From Desulfobacterales bacterium (GTDB taxonomy: Bacteria > Desulfobacterota > Desulfobacteria > Desulfobacterales > JAZFSW01): a stretch of DNA of 26,038 nt. Shown here piece after piece: positions 8,085 to 15,278 of the stretch. The position numbers were made by a program, and so were the translations under genes. The number at the start of each line of letters is the position of its first letter. Position 1 is the first letter of the stretch. The notes below the pieces were generated by a model, which was given only the letters and a program-made list of their open reading frames with translations, searched no databases and was not told where the DNA came from. The stretch spans positions 1 through 26,038 of the forward strand of contig JAZFSW010000565.1 in assembly GCA_036446375.1 (NCBI GenBank), read 5' to 3'.

Positions 8085-8624
8085 CTATGCAAGGACATGC
8101 TTTGCATCGGCGTCAGCATATACCGCCAGAATTTCCCCAAAGTAGATTCGGTGGAAGCCGATTTTGAGACGGCCATAGATACCATCGCGAATCTCATCAG
8201 ACAGATTGTCCGGGAGCACATCGTTCTTATTTACAACCTTGCATTCGTAGTGAATGACACACTCCTCGATTATCGGTGACGTAACCACTCTACCCGGCGT
8301 TGCCGTGAGCCCCCGGACCTTGAACTTGTCCTCATCTCGCCCCGAGACCGTGCCGAAGTACATCACATCGTCCTTGAGGGCAGGTGTCGGAATGTTCACG
8401 GTGAAGTCATTTGTGGTTTCAATCAGACCGTAGGTGTATGTCTGCGGTCGGACGAGCACGCAGAAAATCGGTCTGTTCCAGCTGAACCCGATCGTTCCCC
8501 AGCCGATGGTCATCGCATTCGGTTTCCCCTGGGCGTCTGCCGATGCGAGCAGCAAACCGCCGCGTCCGAGCATCTTGTGCGTTTCCGTCATGTAATCCAA
8601 GTATTTTGCGTCAACTTTTTCCAT
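8085..8624 (-). CDS. Flavin reductase-like FMN-binding protein (flavoredoxin family), 179 aa
   Basis: GKPNAMTIGWG, VLVRPQTYTYGLIE, FTVNIP, GTVSGRDEDKF, SPIIEECVIHYECKV and HRIYFGEI. RBS AGAGGAG present. Confidence 0.88.
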   Translation of the reverse strand: MEKVDAKYLDYMTETHKMLGRGGLLLASADAQGKPNAMTIGWGTIGFSWNRPIFCVLVRPQTYTYGLIETTNDFTVNIPTPALKDDVMYFGTVSGRDEDKFKVRGLTATPGRVVTSPIIEECVIHYECKVVNKNDVLPDNLSDEIRDGIYGRLKIGFHRIYFGEILAVYADADAKHVLA

Positions 8625-8690
8625 TTAAAGATCTCCTCTTCTCCAGTATTGTTTCTGTGGTGTGACAGGTTTCCGGTTGCGGTAGTTCAC

Positions 8691-8787
8691 TTACCACGGA
8701 AAAGCACGGAATGGGTCACGGAAACAGCAAAGATCCGCCCGAAATGCCTTTTTCATTTCAGTGAAATTCCGTGGGAATCCGTGGTAA
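8691..8787. repeat. REP/MITE-like inverted repeat (CACGGAA family)
   Basis: Perfect 10 bp terminal arms ttaccacgga (8691-8700) and tccgtggtaa (8778-8787), with inner cacggaa/ttccgtg arms. Confidence 0.8.
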
Positions 8788-8879
8788 AACCATGTTAGCG
8801 TTTCATTGTTTCTCCCTAGGCTCCTGGAGTCGGCGGTCCGATTTGGGTTGTCCTTAATATGAAACCAAGTCTCCTTCTC

Positions 8880-8942
8880 GACTGGACCGACCCTCCCGCT
8901 TTCAGCGGGACCTCTTGTTTTGGTCGGTGGCCCGGCTCGTAT
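8880..8942 (+). repeat. Dispersed intergenic repeat, family A, copy 2
   Basis: gactgg...ctcccgctttcagcgggacctcttgttttgg...gctcgtat aligns with 21204-21259. Both share the internal hairpin tcccgct-NNN-agcggga. Confidence 0.75.
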
Positions 8943-9007
8943 AGCGATTGGCTGTAATGATATGGCACGCTCCATGGCTTTGTGCAACCCTTTGTGCAAG
9001 ACAGAAC

Positions 9008-11284
9008 TCAGGGCGTATACCATATCGGACTGCTGTAAGCACGGTCCTGGACGACCATCGGGATTTCTTTCGGCACCTTGTCCAGCTTGAAGAACTTCTT
9101 GTCATAGGCAGTCCAGCGGGGTTTCGGGATTTCGATGACCCGGACATAATAGAATGCCAGCTCTGCCGGATCGAAGCTCGGATCGGTCCAGACCACGGCC
9201 AATTCAGGATCGCCGATGCTGTTTTGATAGTTGGCATTCCCCACATCCACTGTCGATCCGACGGATTCGACGCTTCCGCCGTCCCCTGGGATATTCCGGC
9301 CGTCCGAAACCGCAACATCATAGACCTTCTCATGAAGAGAGCCGTCCGATGAGCGCCAGCCTTTGATCACTTGAATCCGGTCGAGATTTGCGCCATCCGG
9401 ATCCTTTGTGGCACGGATGAGGAATTTCGATGAGGCACCCCTGGGGGCATGGGTAAGATCGCCGCCCATGGGCACACCTTTCTCATAGCCGATCCGGGCA
9501 AGGTTCGGACTGAAGGCGTCCTTTCTCTCATAGTTCCATCCACCAAAGAGTCTTAGCGTGATGCGAGGTCCCGTGCTGGCATATACCTCTTTGCGTCGCA
9601 TGGCGTCAAAGAGGGCTTCTCGCGTATTCTCCTTTGCCCACACGGCTGCATAGCCCGAAGCGGAGTACTGCCAGGAATCGTAAATGCGGTAGGCGCTCGG
9701 TTCTACCATCGACGTTTTGCCCCAGAAATTATCTTCAGCCGCTGTGGGCAGGGATGTATGGGAATCCGTCGAGCCGATCATACCGAATTTAAAGGGGTTC
9801 ACACCAAGTTTCACCTGCTGATCCAGTCCCAGCTTGAGGGCCGACCGGGCATACTCAAATCGCTTTTGCTTGACACGATCCTCTGGTGCCAGTTTGCTGA
9901 ACTGCCATCCGTTCCATGTCTCGAAATCCGCAAACTCATCGGTAGGGGACAGAAGGGGATGGGCCTCCCCGTCTCCCTTGAATTGGGTTACTTCGTAGAG
10001 CGGCTCCCAGCGAGACCGGGATCGGGCGTATTCGGTCGTGAAAGGATTCCCGTCCGAATCTTCTAGCTTGAACATCAAGCCGTTGCTCAGATTGCCGTTA
10101 TGGGGAATCGCAAGGACCTTGCCCCCGATGCGCTTTTCGTAATCCTTGAGAACTTCCCACAGATCCTCGATATCCGCGCTGTCGGCATAGGAGAAAGGCA
10201 GAATCCGGCTCGCCTTCGTTGCACCATCCTCGAAAATGACGACGCGGTGATAGTTCGAGGTCTGGGGAGGCAGCGTATACTCGTAACCGATAAAGGCAGT
10301 GAATTTTCCGGGATCGTTGTGCCTGTCCGCGGTGCGGCAGACCTCATCCCACACCGAATGCCGGAAGGTTTCGTCCCTAACGGCATCAGGTCCCCAGGCA
10401 CGCCAGAAGAAGCCCAATCCTGTCGACTGTCCACTTGCCTGCGTCTCCCAAATGGCCGTGCTGCGCTGGTCCGGCGAGCCGGCGTTGAGAACTTGGTTGA
10501 CGTCTAAGGGCATCTTCTTAAGCAATTTGGCCCAACGCCTGCCGATTTCGGTTTTTAGAATCAACGGATCCTCTGCCTGGATGCGCGGCAGAACTCCCAG
10601 GTTTTCCGAATGGTCCGCCACCACGAGGAAATCGAGAGGGCGGCGCAACCGAGCTTTCATCCCGCTGTGGGCGGTGATTAATTCCCCTTTGGCAAATCGG
10701 TATGCGTGGTCCGGTGTCAGGTTCTGATTTCCAAAACCATAGGCGTCAGCAGACATATTGGTGTGAAGGTGGGTATCACCCCAATACACCCGATTCGGAA
10801 AATCCCGGCCGTCCTGGGGAGAATAAGCATGAGATGCCGTGGCAGGCATCACCGTTGGCGGCCAGTCTGCGTCGTCAACGGCGGTTCGGGGTCTGGTCCG
10901 GGATTGCTGTTGGTTCTGGGACATCGCCCTCAGGAGTTCCTCAGTATCCAGATATCCGTCCTTGTTGACGTCAATGAGTTTGAAATGAGGTTTTAGCTCG
11001 GGAGGTGCTTCGTCTTCTACTATCTTGCCGTCCTGGTTGACATCTATTAATCGGAAATATAATCGAAAATCATCCGATAAGGGCTTTCCGGTGCCTCTTC
11101 TCGCCGTTTCCTTGGCTTGCGTTGTCCCATCGGTTTCCCCAATGGCTTGAATGGGGAAAAGTGAAAAAACACAGATCAGTAACACCTTTGAAAGCAGTGT
11201 GGTTAAACGGCAAAAGGCGCTGATTCCATCTACCGCGCGGGCGCGATGGTGACAAATGGCGGGCCAGGTTGTTGTTCCCTTCAT
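9008..11284 (-). CDS. Putative secreted DUF3604-type (PHP-like metal-binding) protein with an N-terminal EF-hand pair, 758 aa
   Basis: A hydrophobic signal-like segment (LLSKVLLICVFSLFPIQAIG) is followed by EF-hand loops DVNQDGKIVEDE and DVNKDGYLDTEE. After that come VYWGDTHLHT, LDFLVVADHSE, FTAFIGYEYT, AIPHNGNLSNG, FGMIGSTDSHT, FYYVRVIEIP and RAYSSPIWYTP, which I recognise as the DUF3604 pattern. Confidence 0.85.
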   Translation of the reverse strand: MKGTTTWPAICHHRARAVDGISAFCRLTTLLSKVLLICVFSLFPIQAIGETDGTTQAKETARRGTGKPLSDDFRLYFRLIDVNQDGKIVEDEAPPELKPHFKLIDVNKDGYLDTEELLRAMSQNQQQSRTRPRTAVDDADWPPTVMPATASHAYSPQDGRDFPNRVYWGDTHLHTNMSADAYGFGNQNLTPDHAYRFAKGELITAHSGMKARLRRPLDFLVVADHSENLGVLPRIQAEDPLILKTEIGRRWAKLLKKMPLDVNQVLNAGSPDQRSTAIWETQASGQSTGLGFFWRAWGPDAVRDETFRHSVWDEVCRTADRHNDPGKFTAFIGYEYTLPPQTSNYHRVVIFEDGATKASRILPFSYADSADIEDLWEVLKDYEKRIGGKVLAIPHNGNLSNGLMFKLEDSDGNPFTTEYARSRSRWEPLYEVTQFKGDGEAHPLLSPTDEFADFETWNGWQFSKLAPEDRVKQKRFEYARSALKLGLDQQVKLGVNPFKFGMIGSTDSHTSLPTAAEDNFWGKTSMVEPSAYRIYDSWQYSASGYAAVWAKENTREALFDAMRRKEVYASTGPRITLRLFGGWNYERKDAFSPNLARIGYEKGVPMGGDLTHAPRGASSKFLIRATKDPDGANLDRIQVIKGWRSSDGSLHEKVYDVAVSDGRNIPGDGGSVESVGSTVDVGNANYQNSIGDPELAVVWTDPSFDPAELAFYYVRVIEIPKPRWTAYDKKFFKLDKVPKEIPMVVQDRAYSSPIWYTP

Positions 11285-11455
11285 ATTGAAGTCTCTCCCC
11301 AGTACAGGGGCTTGGACGGGATAGATTGAAGCGCCCCACCGCAGGCGATCTGAGCGGGCATGCCCTGTTTCAGCTCATCCGAAAACATCGGACTCCGGCG
11401 GTCTCCGAAGAAAGAGGGATTTCGCCCCATGTGATGTTATTTCGGAATCGCCCTA

Positions 11456-12529
11456 CTAGGCCCCAGGACCCGGGGGAATATGATCCGGCGGTCGAACGGC
11501 CTTCATTTTAAGTGCCTCGGCTTCGCAGCCGACAACACACACGCCGCAGCCGAAACACTTCTCACCGTCGACGACGGCCTTGTACTTCTTGCTCCCTTCA
11601 GGCTTCGCCATCTCTATCGCATCAAGAGGACATCGATCAACACAGTCCTGGCAGCCGACGCAATCATCTAGAATGACATGGGGCACGAACCGGCTCTTCG
11701 ACCAGGCCTTATTGAGCGGATAACCCTCCATTTCCATCGGGATGATAATCATGCAGCAATCCCGGCAGCAATTACAGCTGGTGTGAGGACCGACGATACC
11801 GGTGTGGTTGTTATAGGAATGAATGAGACCGTTGTCTTCAGAAAGATCGGCCAGTTCAATCGCCTCGTCAACGCTCAGCCCGCGGCCGGACTCGCTTGCG
11901 ACCGCATAATCGGCGCCTCGACCGAACTGAAAACAGACCGGATGGGCTTCCTCATCGTGCGTCTCACAGGAGTGGCCGGCACCGGCTTCCATATACCGGC
12001 AGCCGCAGGGAACCGTGCTGATTTGCTTCTGGGCCCGGAGTATTTCATGATAGTTCTCCTCGGGGAGAACATCCGGAAGGTCTTTAATTGATTTATAGGC
12101 GGGAATGACCCGCAGGTTGGGTGTCTCATTCGAGTTGTTGAATCCAGCCCATTTGGGGTAATACTCGTTCATGGACCAATCCTTCATTAGCTTAAAGAAC
12201 TTGGTGTTCTCCGCGGGGACCCGCTGAAAACGGGCCTGCACGGATTCAAAGAACTGGCCGTCCGCTCGGGCAAAGTGGTAGTACACCCGGTTCCGGAAAT
12301 CTCCCTTCGGAAAGACAACCCCCTTGAAGAACATCTCGTCAAGCGTCTCTTTTACTTTTTCTATGTCGAATCCTGTCTTTTCGGCCACTTCCTCGGGCGA
12401 TGCGGATAGAGCAGCCACAATCACCACCTGGTCGGGGGTCATCAGGTCCTCCATTACCAGTTTCAAGCGGGAAGATCCTTTGTGGCCCAACCGCTCTACG
12501 AGGCTATCGTATGCTTCATTTGAATTCAT
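11456..12529 (-). CDS. 4Fe-4S dicluster-domain protein with an N-terminal extension and extra Cys clusters, 357 aa
   Basis: C-terminal CVGCQDCVDRCP and CFGCGVCVVGCE ferredoxin motifs, plus PCGCR, HPVCFQFG and SCNCCRDCC. RBS AGGAGG present. Confidence 0.88.
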   Translation of the reverse strand: MNSNEAYDSLVERLGHKGSSRLKLVMEDLMTPDQVVIVAALSASPEEVAEKTGFDIEKVKETLDEMFFKGVVFPKGDFRNRVYYHFARADGQFFESVQARFQRVPAENTKFFKLMKDWSMNEYYPKWAGFNNSNETPNLRVIPAYKSIKDLPDVLPEENYHEILRAQKQISTVPCGCRYMEAGAGHSCETHDEEAHPVCFQFGRGADYAVASESGRGLSVDEAIELADLSEDNGLIHSYNNHTGIVGPHTSCNCCRDCCMIIIPMEMEGYPLNKAWSKSRFVPHVILDDCVGCQDCVDRCPLDAIEMAKPEGSKKYKAVVDGEKCFGCGVCVVGCEAEALKMKAVRPPDHIPPGPGA

Positions 12530-12541
12530 TACGTGTTCCTC

Positions 12542-13459
12542 CTATTTTTTTGTCTTCACAACCGGTGCACCCTCGGCAAAAGAAGCCCATTCTATCGCAT
12601 TGGGGAAGTATTCTGCGTCTTCCAGGCTTGAAATGGCATCCCAATTGTCACGAATGTCTTCTGCGGTTGGCTTGGCGTCGAATTTAACACCGAGGCCGTT
12701 TACAATATTGGCACGACTGTAACGTCCGACACCGGCGTGGATATACATCCCGGTATCTTCGCACTGCTCTGAGCACAGATACATCACCGCCGGTGTAACA
12801 TAGTCCACCGTCGATTTTTCAAATGCATCAGGTGAAAATACGTCTTCGGTGAGCCTCGTGGCGGCCGTGGGCATGAGGGCATTCACTTTGATATTATATT
12901 TGGCTCCTTCAAGTTTCAGAACATTTGTCAGACCGGCCAGCCCCATTTTGGCTGCCCCATAGTTGGTCTGGCCAAACTGACCCAGAATGCCGGAGGTGGA
13001 AGAGGTCATGACGATTCGCCCATAGCCGTTGGCCTTCATATTGTCAAAAGCCGGCCGGGACACACAATAGGCGCCTCGCAGATGAACGGCAATAACGATA
13101 TCCCAGTTTGCCGGCTCCATCTTTAGGAAGGTCTTATCCCTGAGAATACCGGCATTATTCACGACAATATCGACCTTTCCGTAGTTGTCGATAGCGGTCT
13201 TCACGATGTTCTCTCCGCCTTCTACCTCGGCAACGTTGTCGTAATTGGCTGTCGCTTCGCCACCGGCCGCCTTTATTTCGGCTACCACCTCATCGGCAGG
13301 CGTCGCCGCTCCCGCCCCGGATCCATCGCGTGCACCTCCCAGATCATTGACGACAACGCTGGCACCCATTTTGGCAAAATTAAGTGCATAATCTCTTCCG
13401 AGACCGGCGCCCGCACCGGTTACAATTGTCACTCTTCCTGTAAAATCGATTCCTGCCAT
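12542..13459 (-). CDS. SDR family oxidoreductase, MFE-2/FOX2-like (3R)-hydroxyacyl-CoA dehydrogenase type, 305 aa
   Basis: TGAGAGLG, VVVNDLGG, VVNNAGILRDK, YGRIVMTSS and YGAAK. Start set at ATG 13459, behind the RBS AGAGGAG. Confidence 0.9.
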   Translation of the reverse strand: MAGIDFTGRVTIVTGAGAGLGRDYALNFAKMGASVVVNDLGGARDGSGAGAATPADEVVAEIKAAGGEATANYDNVAEVEGGENIVKTAIDNYGKVDIVVNNAGILRDKTFLKMEPANWDIVIAVHLRGAYCVSRPAFDNMKANGYGRIVMTSSTSGILGQFGQTNYGAAKMGLAGLTNVLKLEGAKYNIKVNALMPTAATRLTEDVFSPDAFEKSTVDYVTPAVMYLCSEQCEDTGMYIHAGVGRYSRANIVNGLGVKFDAKPTAEDIRDNWDAISSLEDAEYFPNAIEWASFAEGAPVVKTKK

Positions 13460-13576
13460 TGAAATTTCTCCTCTTTTTCTGTTTGGTGTCCCCATCGGGG
13501 ATGGTTGAAACCATACCGGCCTCTTTACGCAGACCGTATTATGCTGCCGTCGTTTCCGTAATAGTCGATTGACGCA

Positions 13577-14752
13577 TTACGCCTGACCCAACGCGTCTGT
13601 TTTCTTTATACAATCCAGAATATCCTGGGGATCGTAGGAATTGAAGTTCTGATCCGGCATGTCGTAGGCCTTTGGCATCGCTGCCATATTACCGTCCTTG
13701 GCTGCATCTTCTGCCACGAGACGGAGGGTGTCGTCGGTGGTGGATTTTATCCCTAACGCCTCAAGCGTGGTCGGCAAACCGACACTCGTGCAAAAGTTTC
13801 GAACCTTGTCCACCAGCTCGGAATCCGCCGGTTCCATGACCAGCTGAACGAGGGTACCGAATGCGACCAGTTCTCCATGGTAGGGCATCTGGTCGAACTG
13901 GTCGTGGCGATTCCCAAATCCCTGGGCGATGGCATGGGCTGCCGCTAAACCGCCACTCTCATATCCGATGCCGCTGAGCAGGATGTTTGCCTCCGCCACT
14001 TCCTCCAGGGCGGGACCGGCTTTCTTTTCCGCCACCTCTCGGGTGGCCGCCAGACCGTATTCCATCAGAATGTCATAGGCAAGGCGGGCCATTGTCAGGA
14101 CCGTGTGAAGCGCAAATCCGCCGATAACGTTCTGTCTTCCGGACCGATGGACCCTGTCTGCTTCAAAATAGGTTGCCAGCGCATCCCCCATGCCGGCCGC
14201 CAGTGTTCTTACCGGTGCCCGGGCAATAATCTGCGTATCCACCAGCACCAGATTCGGATTCGCCGTGGTCGATACAACGCCCGCCTGGACCCCCTGGGCA
14301 TCGTAAACAACACAGCTCGAAGCGGTGGGTGCATCATTGGACGCAACGGTTGGCACCTGTATGCAGGGGACACCGGCACCGGGGAAAGGGTCCGGCTGCC
14401 AAAGGGGAGGCGCTATCGTAATGGCATTGGTCGCTGCTGCAGCCCGACCGGCGTCCATTACCTTGCCGCCCCCGCAATCGATAATGGCATCATGGCCACC
14501 ATCCAGGCATAGGCCTTTGATCCGATCGATCTCATCGAAGGTACACTCGCGGCCAAACTCGGTGAACGTATGGGCGATATTGCTATGGCCCAGGGCGTCG
14601 GCAAGAATGGTCTCGCAGGCTTTGAGCGCGCTGGGGGAAGCGACAATCAGTGGATTCTTTACGCCAAAGGCCTGAAGATGGACGGCGATCTGCGAAAGCG
14701 CACCCGGCCCCTGGACATATCTTTGGGGTGAAATCATCGTCTTAATGGTCAT
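13577..14752 (-). CDS. Glycerol-dehydrogenase-like (GldA family) metal-dependent polyol dehydrogenase, 391 aa
   Basis: SPQRYVQGPGAL, GGGKVMDAGRA and VPTVASNDAPT. The metal-ligand motifs AGMGDAL, AAAHAI and HGELVAFG are present, followed by VGLPTTL. Confidence 0.88.
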   Translation of the reverse strand: MTIKTMISPQRYVQGPGALSQIAVHLQAFGVKNPLIVASPSALKACETILADALGHSNIAHTFTEFGRECTFDEIDRIKGLCLDGGHDAIIDCGGGKVMDAGRAAAATNAITIAPPLWQPDPFPGAGVPCIQVPTVASNDAPTASSCVVYDAQGVQAGVVSTTANPNLVLVDTQIIARAPVRTLAAGMGDALATYFEADRVHRSGRQNVIGGFALHTVLTMARLAYDILMEYGLAATREVAEKKAGPALEEVAEANILLSGIGYESGGLAAAHAIAQGFGNRHDQFDQMPYHGELVAFGTLVQLVMEPADSELVDKVRNFCTSVGLPTTLEALGIKSTTDDTLRLVAEDAAKDGNMAAMPKAYDMPDQNFNSYDPQDILDCIKKTDALGQA

Positions 14753-14768
14753 CTGTCATTTCTCCTAT

Positions 14769-14840
14769 CCCAATCCCGCCGCGGCGGGATTGGGTGCTAC
14801 TGGTTAGTCGTTGTTGGTTAATCCCGCCTGTGGCGGGATT
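14769..14840. repeat. Two ATCCCGCC/GGCGGGAT palindromes (REP-like)
   Basis: A perfect 26 bp palindrome cccaatcccgccgcggcgggattggg (14769-14794) and aatcccgcc-tgt-ggcgggatt (14820-14840). Confidence 0.8.
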
Positions 14841-14903
14841 CGAACACCGGAACTGCATTCTACCCATAGCATAGAGATACCGGTTGATTGGCACTGCAAC
14901 GCC

Positions 14904-14931
14904 GAATAACGAATAACGGATAACAAATAAC
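14904..14931. repeat. Four-unit heptamer tandem repeat (RRATAAC)
   Basis: Units are gaataac, gaataac, ggataac, aaataac. Confidence 0.75.
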
Positions 14932-14932
14932 T

Positions 14933-14964
14933 CCCCAAATGAGCAGCTTTCCGCTCATTTGGGG
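14933..14964 (-). terminator. Candidate intrinsic terminator after the Mo-enzyme/moaD-like genes
   Basis: A perfect 12 bp stem (ccccaaatgagc / gctcatttgggg) with an 8 nt loop, 11 nt after the stop at 14976. On the minus strand it is followed by T-rich agttatttgttat. Confidence 0.6.
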
Positions 14965-14975
14965 TCCTATTGAAC

Positions 14976-15254
14976 CTATCCGCCTGCCATTGCATGCATA
15001 ATCGAAATCTGTTCGCCGTCTCTGAGAGGGGCATCGGGAGATTCCAGATACCGGTCGTCTCCCGCAATCCGGATGCCGGTCCTGAACATGCGCCGACCCT
15101 TGTCCCAGATACGAGGACCTATTCCAGGACCGAATTGTCTGTCGATATAATCCAAAAGTTCTCCTAAGTCGGCGCCGTCCGGAAGATCGACTTCGACGCA
15201 CGCCGTCCGGACGTGCTGTCGAAGCAGGCCCAGGAATGTAAGTGCAATCTTCAT
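14976..15254 (-). CDS. MoaD/ThiS family sulfur-carrier protein, 92 aa
   Basis: Beta-grasp-type pattern (KIALTFLGLLRQHV...LRDGEQISIM) ending in the diagnostic Gly-Gly (HAMAGG). It lies directly downstream of a molybdoenzyme gene. Confidence 0.85.
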   Translation of the reverse strand: MKIALTFLGLLRQHVRTACVEVDLPDGADLGELLDYIDRQFGPGIGPRIWDKGRRMFRTGIRIAGDDRYLESPDAPLRDGEQISIMHAMAGG

Positions 15255-15278
15255 TTGTGCCGTTCTTGCAAGCCTTCT

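Noticed and set aside
14804-14880. tRNA-like GTTCGAATCCC on the minus strand
   Set aside because: The T-stem pairs at only 2 of 5 positions and there is no anticodon arm or acceptor stem. The match arises from the REP-like palindrome.
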